From a virus: DNA of 64,000 nt. Shown here piece by piece: positions 1 to 9,194 of the stretch. Where the stretch lies: the IMG/VR virus record IMGVR_UViG_3300022744_000001, positions 354,022 through 418,021 of that record. One strand, given 5' to 3'. The notes under the pieces are model-generated. The model searched no databases, had not been told where the DNA came from, and saw only the letters and a program-made list of their open reading frames with translations. A program made the position numbers and the translations under genes. The number at the start of each line of letters is the position of its first letter. Position 1 is the first letter of the stretch.

Positions 1-99
1 CCAAGGCACCACCTTCTCGTAGACTGGGTGTCTACTGAAAGAGTCCTGCAACTCCAGGATGAGGCGGCGCTTGAGCGAGGAAGTCAGGTAGTAGTACAC
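1..99 (-). CDS. 5' end of a virion (probably tail-completion/neck) protein, truncated by the window edge
   Basis: Not in the ORF track. GTG at 99-97 after CAGGAG; reads MYYYLTSSLKRRLILELQDSFSRHPVYEKVVPW, open to position 1. Function inferred from context only. Confidence 0.55.
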   Translation of the reverse strand, partial: MYYYLTSSLKRRLILELQDSFSRHPVYEKVVPW

Positions 100-127
100 G
101 GGGCTCCTGGGGGAGCCCGGGTATCGG

Positions 128-1147
128 CTACTCGTGCTCCTGCATAGCCAAAACCAAAAGACCTTCTGCAACCGATGTCATGGGGTCCTTGGCCCGGCGG
201 ATTCCGGAGATGGGGATGGGGAAACCCTTCTTCACGGAGTTGAACTCCTCCTCGAAGACCTGCATGAACCCATCTGCTCGAGTCGTACCTCCCGAGACTA
301 CGAAGGGGATCGGTTCGGGAAGGTCGATCGTGTTGCGCTCCATCTTGAAGCGCTTGGCAATCTGCTCGAGCGTGTACCGAATCAGAGCCCGAATGTACAG
401 GGCGATAGCTTCCGCTTCTCGGTTGTCGCTCGAGGGCTTGGAGACGTCGAAGCCGCCCTTCTCCTTGATCGAACATACCCGGGTAGCCGTCGAACCCAGC
501 GCCTTGGCCGCATGGCCGTCAATCCAGTCGCCGCCACGGGCCAGGGAGAAGGACATGCCCATCATCGTTTGGAAGGACAAGGCCACGTTGCACATGCCCG
601 ACCCGTAGCTGATCGAGACGCCGGAGAAGTTGGTGTCGGCACACTGGCTGTAAATGATAGCCATGGCCTCATTCATCGGGTGCGCCGTGTACCCATGCTC
701 CTCGACGATCTTGCGGAAGACCTCGGTATGGTACAGGACGTTCTGGTCAGGCATGTCGATGGGGTCAGCGGGCACGCTGTAAAAGCAGTGCTCCTTGGGC
801 ACCACCGGCTCCCCGAGGACGTTGTGGATGATGTACGAAAGAACTCGCTGGGCATCCAACTCGCCCGCGGAAATGAGGCCCTTGGCCAGCGGCCGACGAA
901 CCTCGCGCTTGAAGATGTTGGCCATGTTCAAAGCGCTGTCACCTACCACGATGAGCTGGTCGGACCAGTCCGGTTCGTAGTAGTCCACCTTGGACATCTT
1001 CAGGATTTTCTTCGTCTCCGGGTCCAAGTCCAAGAAGGCGTCGCGGATACGTCGAGTCTTGACCACACCCTCTTCGTGACGGGCCGAGACGATATTCATG
1101 GTACCGATGTCGATGCCGACACCGGGAATGCGGTTATTGGTAGTCAT
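128..1147 (-). CDS. Actin-like ATPase (MreB/ParM/FtsA superfamily)
   Basis: Phosphate-1 GIDIGTMN, connect-1 NEAMAII, phosphate-2 SYGSGMCNVA, GGDWID, adenosine VSGGTT, connect-2 VAEGLL; 339 aa. Confidence 0.88.
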   Translation of the reverse strand: MTTNNRIPGVGIDIGTMNIVSARHEEGVVKTRRIRDAFLDLDPETKKILKMSKVDYYEPDWSDQLIVVGDSALNMANIFKREVRRPLAKGLISAGELDAQRVLSYIIHNVLGEPVVPKEHCFYSVPADPIDMPDQNVLYHTEVFRKIVEEHGYTAHPMNEAMAIIYSQCADTNFSGVSISYGSGMCNVALSFQTMMGMSFSLARGGDWIDGHAAKALGSTATRVCSIKEKGGFDVSKPSSDNREAEAIALYIRALIRYTLEQIAKRFKMERNTIDLPEPIPFVVSGGTTRADGFMQVFEEEFNSVKKGFPIPISGIRRAKDPMTSVAEGLLVLAMQEHE

Positions 1148-1155
1148 TGCCCTAT

Positions 1156-1866
1156 CTACACCGAGGGATTCAAAAGTCGCTGCTGGAGAAGGTACCTGTG
1201 TTCCTCATGCTTGTCCTCGATGCCTGCGATGAGGTTGTCCGTACCACGGCTCAACGAGCTGTTGTTCTTCAACAGCTCAACGATCTTGGTGACGCCGAGG
1301 CTCAACAGGGCCTCAGCTTCCAAGCTCTTCTGTACCAGCTCCGCCGCCGACTCCCCTGGCTGCCCCAGCGAGTTCAGGATATCGGCCACACAGCTTGCTT
1401 GAGCCCGGAAGTCGGCGATCAAAGTCGCCCCGGTGCTCCCCACGGCACGTTCTGCAACCGAGTCAATCTCCGGAAGCATGCCGTTGTAGAGCCGCTCAAA
1501 GAGCAGGTGGTCCCCGTAGGAGGTGTTGCCTTTCGTAACCCAGTGGTGGGTCTGGTGCACCATTGCCACCGCACGAAGGAACACGAGCAGCCCAGCCATC
1601 TCGGTACCTGGGGACGCAGCGAACACACTGAAAACCTGCGAGGCGGCCTTTAGCCGAGCCGAAGGCAAATAAGGTGGCCCATGGAGGTACGGATCATAGG
1701 ACGAGGGGTCCTGCCAGATCGCCTGGGTAGCGTCGTTAGAATAGGGGGGCGACGCTACTCCAGGGAAGTCAGGACCCGCCCTGAACAGCGGCTCCTGGGC
1801 CACTTTGGATGTGCCGGGCGACGTGCGCGCGACCAACGAGCTTGTCTTGTCGAGCAGGGATTTCAT
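1156..1866 (-). CDS. Dps/ferritin-like protein with ~80-aa N-terminal extension
   Basis: Dps ferroxidase-type motifs HQTHHWVTKG, DHLLFERLY, EIDSVAER; C-terminal helix DKHEEHRYLL. Confidence 0.8.
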   Translation of the reverse strand: MKSLLDKTSSLVARTSPGTSKVAQEPLFRAGPDFPGVASPPYSNDATQAIWQDPSSYDPYLHGPPYLPSARLKAASQVFSVFAASPGTEMAGLLVFLRAVAMVHQTHHWVTKGNTSYGDHLLFERLYNGMLPEIDSVAERAVGSTGATLIADFRAQASCVADILNSLGQPGESAAELVQKSLEAEALLSLGVTKIVELLKNNSSLSRGTDNLIAGIEDKHEEHRYLLQQRLLNPSV

Positions 1867-1900
1867 CGCGGGCCTCCGCCCTTAACGGAATACAGAAACA

Positions 1901-2545
1901 CTATTGATCTTTGCTCTTGCCTTTACGAAGGCCCTTCAGAGCCTTCGAAGCATCGGCAAGAGAGCCTGCATCCGAGGCTTCCTCTTTGAGGGAGACTCGG
2001 GCTTCGCCATTGTTGTCGGACTTGATCTGGGACGGGATGTAGATTGGAGCAGAGTCATCCACGTCGAGACCCGAAGACGCCGGAGCGCCCGTCACATTTT
2101 GAATGACCGTGGTCGGGCGAGACTTCACCAGCTCGAGGATGGCGTCCAACTTTGCATCCTTCCCCGTCGCCTCTTTCAGCTCCCGCTCGAGCCGCCCCAC
2201 CTCTCCTTTGAGGTGGACGTTCAACCCGTAAAGGTCGCCATTCTCCTTGATGAGCTGGGCGTTCTCTTCGCGGAGAGTTTCGTTTTCCAGGCTCAACCGG
2301 TCACGCTCCTCTTGAAGCTTGGGCACGGGAGGGGCCGCATGCGAGGGAGCGATAACCCGCAACACGCTATTGGCCTTGAGCTGAAAAATCACCCCTTGGG
2401 AGAGCAGCCTCCAGAGGTCTTTGGACTTGACTGCTTGAGCCCCCAAAATCGGAGTGGCTTCCCCTTTGGGTACCATCACGCCGATGTCCTCGATGAGCTT
2501 GTCCTCGCTCACTCCACATACGATCATATCTCCATTGCTGCTCAT
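1901..2545 (-). CDS. Hypothetical coiled-coil protein
   Basis: ORF with SD (AAGGAA) before MSSNGD; central heptad coiled coil. Confidence 0.6.
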   Translation of the reverse strand: MSSNGDMIVCGVSEDKLIEDIGVMVPKGEATPILGAQAVKSKDLWRLLSQGVIFQLKANSVLRVIAPSHAAPPVPKLQEERDRLSLENETLREENAQLIKENGDLYGLNVHLKGEVGRLERELKEATGKDAKLDAILELVKSRPTTVIQNVTGAPASSGLDVDDSAPIYIPSQIKSDNNGEARVSLKEEASDAGSLADASKALKGLRKGKSKDQ

Positions 2546-2556
2546 CTGGGTTCCTT

Positions 2557-3054
2557 TCAAAGGCGTAGCTTGCGCTGCCTAGCAGCCTTAGACACCACCT
2601 TCTGGACCTCCTCGACCATAGACTTCCGGATCTGCTTCTTGGCCTCTTCTTTGGCCTTCTCCACAAAGTCGTAGGGCGGGCGACCAGGGTGGACCCACTT
2701 CCCGTCCCGCATCGATTTAGGGGTTGCGGTCCGAAAGATCAACTCCCCCTCCTCAGTGATGATGGGGATAGGGGCTCGAGCCTTCACGAGCCAGGACATC
2801 TGCTTGTTCTTGCGCCCCCGCATCATGTTTGTGAAACCGGGGTGGGTCGAGTAAATCGTCAACGACGAGGGGCCGACCTCAATCTGAATAGCCTTGGAAA
2901 AGGCTCGCTTCGCTCGGTCAGAAAACGTGGACTGGAACAGTTTGTGACGAAGCCGAGCGAGAACGCTGGCCTTCACGCGGCGAAGCGCTCGCTCTGGGGT
3001 TACATCGAGGTCCCGAACAAGCGGTTTGCCATAGACTGATCCAAAACGGTCCAT
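2557..3054 (-). CDS. Putative neck/tail-completion protein (HK97 gp10-like)
   Basis: Basic 165-aa protein with C-terminal WVHPGRPPYDFVEKA pattern; follows the head-closure gene. Confidence 0.55.
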   Translation of the reverse strand: MDRFGSVYGKPLVRDLDVTPERALRRVKASVLARLRHKLFQSTFSDRAKRAFSKAIQIEVGPSSLTIYSTHPGFTNMMRGRKNKQMSWLVKARAPIPIITEEGELIFRTATPKSMRDGKWVHPGRPPYDFVEKAKEEAKKQIRKSMVEEVQKVVSKAARQRKLRL

Positions 3055-4406
3055 CAGTAGGTCGTGTTCTTCCAGGTGGTGGTGCGACCACGGTACTCAC
3101 GCTCGTCCCCAATCAATGGGTGATCGGTGACGTCATTCGGCGCCCCGAACTCAGGACCACGAGGCGCGAACTGCGTAGCAACGAACTTCACCGGGTTGCC
3201 CACCGGTACCTTGTACCGAATGTCCTTCTCGTCAAAGGACCCGATGTTGAAGTGCTGCTGCATCACCATGCCGCGGTTCGAGGGCATTCGAACCCCACCA
3301 ATTGAGAAGCGCTCCCCATTGAGCTTCATGATGAAGTCGCGGTGGCTGAGGATTGGTTGGGGGCCCGTCCAGACCTCATACACGTGCTCCTGGTTCCGGC
3401 CCATTTCCTTCTGAGAGACCTTCACCTCTGCATCGTCCGGGGCAACGATGATGTCGTAAGGACCCTCGTAGCCTCCCACGTACCCTGTCCCAAAGCACTT
3501 GAGACAATCGGAGAGAGGTTGCTTGTGGTGATCGGAAATGCACACGCACGGGACCCCAGTGTTCTTGCGAAGAAACACCTTCACCCGCTCGCCACCCTGC
3601 TCGAGGATGAAACGATTACGCCGAATGGCCTCCCGCCAAATCCAATCCAGCTTCTCGACCTCGAACGTGTTCGTAGCCGCGGCGTGCTCGAGAGGTGTCT
3701 CCACCAAGTCCTGGGGCTGCACCAGGGCAAGGTTGCACCCAACCGGCACCCCAACCGTCGTGACTCGGTAGAAGACACGCTGATTGAGGTCAGTCTTGAG
3801 CAAAGACCTCGTGTACCGGTAGGTGCAAGTCACCCGGCTCTGAGGGGTTGGGGCGACCACGGGGTAGTAGGTTTGCTTGGAGGTGTCCGGGTAGAGGTTG
3901 ACGTCGATCTCGACCTCTCCGGTACTCCCGTTGACCCGCAACACTCGAGCTTCAACCCCGTCAACGAAAACTCGAACGTCTCGAGCATCCTTCGTCGGGA
4001 TTCGATTCTGAGCCCCCTCTGCAACGATGGGGTAGTGAAGCGTCTTGAAGACGTACCGCTTTTCGTCTCGACCCGTAGAAGCCACTCCGAAGATCGTGAA
4101 GTTGTCGGTCACGTCTTCATCAACCACCAGCTCATTGTCGGTTTGGTCTCTCCAAAACGTGGACCCAACCGGCAAATCCGTGATGCGGGAGTACGGCCCA
4201 AACTCGGAGTCGAAGCTACGGTACACGTTGACGCCGAGGATCTGGAATCGGCTGTTAAGCATGAGATGGGACGGGTCATCCCACCGAAGGTCGATGAGAT
4301 TCCTCGTCCCATCCATCATGAACAGGTTGAGAGGTGGAGCTGGCCAGGGGGTCTTGGTCAGCTCCAACGGGTCAACACTGCGGTCTCGATCTCCACCTAG
4401 CGCCAT
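3054..4406 (-). CDS. Putative head-closure (neck) protein with N-terminal FN3-like domain and Zn ribbon
   Basis: PAPPLNL...LRWDDP...GVNVYRS (FN3-like); GERVKVF..CVC...CLKCFGTGYVGGY typical of large-phage neck proteins. Confidence 0.6.
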   Translation of the reverse strand: MALGGDRDRSVDPLELTKTPWPAPPLNLFMMDGTRNLIDLRWDDPSHLMLNSRFQILGVNVYRSFDSEFGPYSRITDLPVGSTFWRDQTDNELVVDEDVTDNFTIFGVASTGRDEKRYVFKTLHYPIVAEGAQNRIPTKDARDVRVFVDGVEARVLRVNGSTGEVEIDVNLYPDTSKQTYYPVVAPTPQSRVTCTYRYTRSLLKTDLNQRVFYRVTTVGVPVGCNLALVQPQDLVETPLEHAAATNTFEVEKLDWIWREAIRRNRFILEQGGERVKVFLRKNTGVPCVCISDHHKQPLSDCLKCFGTGYVGGYEGPYDIIVAPDDAEVKVSQKEMGRNQEHVYEVWTGPQPILSHRDFIMKLNGERFSIGGVRMPSNRGMVMQQHFNIGSFDEKDIRYKVPVGNPVKFVATQFAPRGPEFGAPNDVTDHPLIGDEREYRGRTTTWKNTTY

Positions 4407-4439
4407 AGGCCCTCTTCCAAGGGCCCAGGGATAAGGAAA

Positions 4440-4766
4440 TCAAGCCGAAGCAGGTTGCGTGTTCGGAAGCGGCTCAACCAGGGTGATAACGCCCGTCTGA
4501 GCGTCAATCCGAACGGGGTGCGCCGGGGGAATCCCACGGGACACCAGAACCGTCTCGAACAGACGTTGGCGCTCGAGGTCCACGTTCTGCGCCGCACGGA
4601 GCGTCTTGATCTTCTCCTGCTCGAGGTCAAGGATGCGCTCGGCCAGCTGCATACGAGCCCCCTGCATCTCCTCGAAACGCTTCAACGTCTGCGCGTCGAG
4701 GGGATCGTTGGCTGTCAACTTGGGTTGTTCTTGAGTCTGCGTCTCTGTGCTCATCTGAGGCTCCAT
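4440..4766 (-). CDS. Small coiled-coil hypothetical protein
   Basis: Coding-like part of ORF 4440..5093 begins at MEPQ (4766) or MSTE (4754); the upstream part overlaps 4787..5677. Confidence 0.6.
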   Translation of the reverse strand: MEPQMSTETQTQEQPKLTANDPLDAQTLKRFEEMQGARMQLAERILDLEQEKIKTLRAAQNVDLERQRLFETVLVSRGIPPAHPVRIDAQTGVITLVEPLPNTQPASA

Positions 4767-4786
4767 TTGGGTACCTACTACACCGG

Positions 4787-5677
4787 TCACATGCCGAGGA
4801 ACTTGCCAGGGCTCAGTACACCGCGACCCTGATAAGGGCCGAAACTCGACCGGATACCGGCACCGTACTTCGGCTGTTGAAGACCCTTCGTGATTTTGAT
4901 CGTGGCCTTCATCTTCTCCAACATCTTGTCGAACTGGTCTGAAGCCCCTTGCTTGAGATCCCCGTATTTGCTGGACCGCTCCAGGTCGAGAGATACCCCG
5001 CCAATGGAGTACCCAAACTCCTCGGAAACCCAGTTTGTCTGCACCGCTTGAAGGGCCCAGTACATCGCCCCTTGGATAAGCAACGCTTTCCACTCCGAGC
5101 GGGCTTGAATCATCTGGTCGATGCTAGCAAAAGGGGTTCGCGGAGGGGCCGCGATGATCATGTCCATCGAAAAGCCCAGGTACTCGAGCAACTCCACATC
5201 CTCCCAGATGTACCCGAAGACGCGGTTGAACTGGTTGATAGTCTCCTCGTGAGACGGGGGCCGAAAGTGGTAGTTGCGGTCCGGGTCATTGTCCCGCAAC
5301 GCAATGCGAAGACTCCGAATCAAAGCGAGCTGGGTATCCGTGTACGGAGACGGGGGCAACGCTTGGCGATCCTGCACGGAGAATTCTTGCACAACCGTTT
5401 GGAGCGGGCCGCCAACCATCTCCCGCATAGCCCAACGGATACGGTACTCCCCCACATTGCAGTCGGTCGGGATGATGATACTTGCGTAGTATTCCCCCAC
5501 CGAGGGGTTCGCAGGGAAGCGCTTCTGCGGGCCCACAAGGGCTTCCATACCCGTGGTGAAGTCGTAGATAGCGTAGGAGATTTCCGCGGCGTTTATCGGG
5601 TGCCCAGAGGCGTTGGTCAAGAAAATGTTGAGGTCGTCTCGACCCAACTGCTGACCACGAAGATAAAGAACTCCCAT
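4787..5677 (-). CDS. Putative head-tail adaptor (neck) protein with N-terminal Ig-like domain
   Basis: Helical domain LIRSLRIALRD...WEDVELLEYL...FGYSIGGVSLDLERS resembling head-tail connectors; position in the neck cluster. Confidence 0.6.
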   Translation of the reverse strand: MGVLYLRGQQLGRDDLNIFLTNASGHPINAAEISYAIYDFTTGMEALVGPQKRFPANPSVGEYYASIIIPTDCNVGEYRIRWAMREMVGGPLQTVVQEFSVQDRQALPPSPYTDTQLALIRSLRIALRDNDPDRNYHFRPPSHEETINQFNRVFGYIWEDVELLEYLGFSMDMIIAAPPRTPFASIDQMIQARSEWKALLIQGAMYWALQAVQTNWVSEEFGYSIGGVSLDLERSSKYGDLKQGASDQFDKMLEKMKATIKITKGLQQPKYGAGIRSSFGPYQGRGVLSPGKFLGM

Positions 5678-5680
5678 GGC

Positions 5681-6133
5681 TCACCACCCACTCTTCCCGC
5701 CACACGAGCAGGAACACGGTTTCTTGCACCCACACGCCGGAGTATTCACGCTCGAGCAGCCGCCCGAACTGGTACCCCCGTAGTTGCAGTATTGCGAGGA
5801 GTCGAAGACTTTGAAGCAGAACTTGCTCGAGAGCACTGGCCCGTTGAACACTTCCTGCACCTTCCACTCGACGCACCAGTCCCCGGGTTGCCCACACTGT
5901 CCAGCAACACCCGTGGCGTAATACTCCCCCACGTCTACCCGGACGGGGGTCCGACACTCCGGACCAACCCGAGTCGCGCACTGTGCGTTCTTCGGGTAGT
6001 AGTACATCGTGTACTTCACGCTGTAAGGATCGAGAGGGTTGTTCGCAAGGTCAGTGACGAACAGGGGAAGGTCCCCCCGCTGGAAAACATGACCCCAAAC
6101 GAATACGCCCGAACTTGATGTACTAGCAGGCAC
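5681..6133 (-). CDS. Cys-rich Ig-like protein, paralog of the N-terminal domain of 4787..5677
   Basis: GTG at 6133 with AGGAGG SD; shares DL.(L/I)F.T, VGP..R.P, VGEYYA, G(D/E)(W/Y)...W with the downstream gene; ends CGCKKPCSCSCGG. Confidence 0.65.
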   Translation of the reverse strand: MPASTSSSGVFVWGHVFQRGDLPLFVTDLANNPLDPYSVKYTMYYYPKNAQCATRVGPECRTPVRVDVGEYYATGVAGQCGQPGDWCVEWKVQEVFNGPVLSSKFCFKVFDSSQYCNYGGTSSGGCSSVNTPACGCKKPCSCSCGGKSGW

Positions 6134-6530
6134 CCTTTCCTCCTGGCTCGGTAAATGACGCCCTGAGCCCCGACGGGGCCGCAATGCCCGTCCCTGCATT
6201 CACATCGTAGTCCTGCGCGACAATCTGGTTGCCCACGGTATAGGTGATGAGCAACCGCCAGTACCCAACTGCATTGGGCCGGAATCGAATGCCGTACGGG
6301 CCATTAGTGATGGGCAACCAGTAGATTTTGCCTGCGGCAATTTGAGCATCCACCACGCTCACGCCGGAGACCAACGCCCAAGGCTGCAACACGTTGTTGA
6401 AGTAGAGCTGGCTAGTAACATCCGAAATGCCAAGGTTTGGCACACGAGTGAACCCATCGAGCTGGAAAAAGTCAGCTTGGTCGTAGACAACCTGGTTCGA
6501 GTAGACTAGACGCCCTCTGGTCGTGGACAT
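6123..6530 (-). CDS. Ig-like virion protein, paralog of 6546..6944
   Basis: Shared DFF..DG.TR, AAGK.YW, Y.IRF.PN..G.WR, YDV motifs. Confidence 0.7.
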   Translation of the reverse strand: MSTTRGRLVYSNQVVYDQADFFQLDGFTRVPNLGISDVTSQLYFNNVLQPWALVSGVSVVDAQIAAGKIYWLPITNGPYGIRFRPNAVGYWRLLITYTVGNQIVAQDYDVNAGTGIAAPSGLRASFTEPGGKGAC

Positions 6531-6545
6531 GCGCGCCCTCTCTAC

Positions 6546-6944
6546 TCACCCCCGAAAGAAGGAAGTCTTGATCCCGATGCTGCCAACCCCCGCTGCTTGA
6601 GGTACCACGTCGTAGGTGAACGACACGGTCTGGTCTTCTGCGGGGTACGCAAGGATCACCCGCCAGAGCCCAATCACGTTCGGGTAGAACCGAATGTTGT
6701 AAAAGCCTGCGGACGGCTCTGTCCAGTACACCTTGCCTGCGGCCACACGCACATCCGGGATGCCCGCACCGGAAGTCAATGGCCACGCAAGCTGCGTCCC
6801 GTTCAGGGAGAGGTCAAGCTGGAGGTCGCTGACCAAAAGACCCGTCGCTCGGGTCACACCATCCCCGAGGAAGAAATCGATTGGCTCGAGCACCATCCGG
6901 TTCGCTTGAACCGAACGAGCCGGAGGCATGTTCACCAAAGCCAT
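6546..6944 (-). CDS. Ig-like virion protein, paralog of 6123..6530
   Basis: Same shared motifs as 6123..6530; GGAG SD. Confidence 0.7.
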   Translation of the reverse strand: MALVNMPPARSVQANRMVLEPIDFFLGDGVTRATGLLVSDLQLDLSLNGTQLAWPLTSGAGIPDVRVAAGKVYWTEPSAGFYNIRFYPNVIGLWRVILAYPAEDQTVSFTYDVVPQAAGVGSIGIKTSFFRG

Positions 6945-6996
6945 GTTCCACTCCGTGGGTTGCTACATCACCACGGCCTATCAGTGGAATAGAGCC

Positions 6997-7245
6997 TTAG
7001 CTCATATGGCAGATTGATTTTAAGTTTTTGATCGCGTTCGCGTACGGCTGAGCAGCCACTTTGCCGCTGTTGTTGAACCAAGCCGTCTTGAGTTCCTCGA
7101 TGTTGCAAATCGAGGTGTCGAAGACAAAGTACACGCGATTGTTTTCGCGGTCAGTTCTCTTCAACTCCACACCGGCTGTTTGCAGGTACGCAGCAAAATA
7201 CAGGTCGGGAGTCCGGAAGTCGGACTTGGCAGCTTGTTTCGACAT
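6997..7245 (-). CDS. Small DUF5659-like protein
   Basis: FRTPDLYFAAYL...RVYFVF...AIKNLKS pattern of small phage winged-helix-like proteins; start taken at MSKQ. Confidence 0.55.
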   Translation of the reverse strand: MSKQAAKSDFRTPDLYFAAYLQTAGVELKRTDRENNRVYFVFDTSICNIEELKTAWFNNSGKVAAQPYANAIKNLKSICHMS

Positions 7246-7327
7246 TTGGGCCTCATATGGGTCTGGTCTTTTGCCACGATTGCATCGGGCGAAGAACATA
7301 GAATCTGGGTCTACAGCTACATCTAAG

Positions 7328-7353
7328 CGGCCCCTGGAGGTACCCAGGGGCCG
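7328..7353 (-). terminator. GC-rich hairpin after 7364..8119 (possible terminator)
   Basis: Perfect 10-bp stem CGGCCCCTGG/CCAGGGGCCG; weak U tract. Confidence 0.5.
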
Positions 7354-7363
7354 AGGGTTTCCA

Positions 7364-8119
7364 TCAAGTCAGAACGACCAAGCTCGAGAGCATGTCATTC
7401 GTCTGCACTCGAGCCGACGTCGTGGTGACAGCGATGCCAGGCACGAGTGCCGCAGGGATGTCGATCTGGGTGTCGGTCACCGAGCCGCCGCCAGCCAGGA
7501 TTTGAGCCTCGGTTACTCGCCGAGCGCCCGCACCCACGAGGATGACCGTCGTCTCATAGGTGCCGTAGCCAGCCAGACCCGTCCCGGTGATGCGAAGCGC
7601 GCCCGAGGAGGGCGTGTCCTTGTCCGCGGTCGTGATGGTGGGAGTCGCCACGGCGAAGGGGGTCACGCCATCATCAGCCACCACGGCGATCGCAGCACCG
7701 TTCGAGGGCACGGGCCACCGACGGGAATCCGGATTGAAGCTGCTCGACAGGAACCCGTGAAGGTTACCGAAGAGGAAGCTCTTCTTGGCCACGTCGGTCT
7801 CGACGAACTTGGGGGCCAGCAGGTCTTGCAGAGCCGTCACCTGGGTGTTGGTGGCGCCGCTCAAACCCGACACAGCCTTGATGGTCGTCGAAGACACGTC
7901 CACGGGGCCACCCACCGGAACGGTCGCTGTGATGAGCGCCGAAGCCGAAGCCGACAGGCTTTGGGAAGTCAGGTACGCCTGAATCCTCGTCGCGTCCGGA
8001 CGAGACAGGTACCGGTTCTGGCCGAAGGTCTCCAACGAAGCGTCGAAGGTGGACTTCGGCTCAAGGTCGGCCAGGAAAATCGGCTTGCTCAGGTCTCCTC
8101 GAATAACTGCTACGCGCAT
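7364..8119 (-). CDS. Virion protein with C-terminal IPT/TIG-like domain
   Basis: C-terminal ~95 aa highly similar to 8511..9140 (P.ITTAD.DTPSSG.L.ITGTGL ... IPAAL.PG.A..TTSA.V). Confidence 0.65.
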   Translation of the reverse strand: MRVAVIRGDLSKPIFLADLEPKSTFDASLETFGQNRYLSRPDATRIQAYLTSQSLSASASALITATVPVGGPVDVSSTTIKAVSGLSGATNTQVTALQDLLAPKFVETDVAKKSFLFGNLHGFLSSSFNPDSRRWPVPSNGAAIAVVADDGVTPFAVATPTITTADKDTPSSGALRITGTGLAGYGTYETTVILVGAGARRVTEAQILAGGGSVTDTQIDIPAALVPGIAVTTTSARVQTNDMLSSLVVLT

Positions 8120-8135
8120 GGTAAAATCCTCCCCT

Positions 8136-8498
8136 TCACACGGGCTTTAGGTTGCCTCTCGCTTCATCGAACCGAAGGAAACGGAGCACCACCCCAAAAA
8201 TGGAGTAGAACTCAGTCACCGCCTGGGCAAAGGCGAGATGATTGGCCCGGCGGAGGAAATATGCCTTCTTGACCAGAAGACGTAAGGACCGAACCTGCTT
8301 GAGATACATCTCCGCCCGGTCAAGCTGTTTCAGCTCTTCCAAGGACTCTTTCAGCCTTGTGTACCGACGGATCATGTCTCTGAGCAGTTCTTGGGTTTGG
8401 ATGTCGAAGAACAGGTCCTTGGGGCGCCACTGGTTATCGCCACGGGTAAAAGTACCCGTTTCTTCCTTCAGGATTCGAAGAAGCCCAGGGGTCGCCAC
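8136..8498 (-). CDS. Hypothetical helical protein
   Basis: ORF fills the gap between the two paralogs. Confidence 0.55.
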   Translation of the reverse strand: MATPGLLRILKEETGTFTRGDNQWRPKDLFFDIQTQELLRDMIRRYTRLKESLEELKQLDRAEMYLKQVRSLRLLVKKAYFLRRANHLAFAQAVTEFYSIFGVVLRFLRFDEARGNLKPV

Positions 8499-8510
8499 CT
8501 CAGCCTACCT

Positions 8511-9140
8511 TCAAGTCAGAGCAACAACGCTGGACAGCTGGGCGTCCGCGCGAACCTGAGCCGACGTGGTAGACGTCGCAACGCCCGGAATGAGGGCTGC
8601 TGGAATCACGATGCTCGTTGCCGAGACCGTGCCGCCACCCGTCGTGATCTGGGTCTGTGTCAACGTCTTGGCGCCGGTGCCCGTGAGGATGACCGTGGTG
8701 ATCTCCGGGGCGAGGGAGGTCAGGCCGGTGCCCGTGATGGTGAGGTCGCCAGAACTGGGGGTGTCCAGGTCCGCCGTCGTGATGACGGGGGCCACCACGT
8801 CTGTGGGCAGGAAAGAGGTCACCGTGATGAGACCCGCGACCTGAAGCCCGTGGATAGTGCCCTTAGCCTGGGAAAGGAGCACACGGTCGCCTTCCTTGAG
8901 GTCGATGTACCCAGCGACTGTGGCATCTCCCGCCTTTGTACGGGGGACGTACACCTTCTGCTTGTTGAAGTTGACGCCGGGCTTGGTGCTCTTGTCCGGG
9001 CCGCTGAGGCTGTTGCCGTCGCGAACGTAACGCTTGGGGTCACCCACACCACGCTTTGCCGTTTGGCGGGGCAGCCCATCGTTGATGTCGTTCAGCAGCA
9101 GAGCCCCTTGGACTGTCTGGTTGTGGGTAATCCTCAGCAT
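8511..9140 (-). CDS. Virion protein with C-terminal IPT/TIG-like domain
   Basis: Start at MLRITHNQ with CAGGAG SD; C-terminal domain paralogous to 7364..8119. Confidence 0.65.
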   Translation of the reverse strand: MLRITHNQTVQGALLLNDINDGLPRQTAKRGVGDPKRYVRDGNSLSGPDKSTKPGVNFNKQKVYVPRTKAGDATVAGYIDLKEGDRVLLSQAKGTIHGLQVAGLITVTSFLPTDVVAPVITTADLDTPSSGDLTITGTGLTSLAPEITTVILTGTGAKTLTQTQITTGGGTVSATSIVIPAALIPGVATSTTSAQVRADAQLSSVVALT

Positions 9141-9194
9141 GATCGCTCCTGGGGGTATCCTGGGTTGTTCAAAGACGCGAATCACATAAATGGA

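Noticed and set aside
6100-6199. Possible frameshift or readthrough fusing 6123..6530 to 5681
   Set aside because: A GTG at 6133 with a good AGGAGG SD explains an independent start
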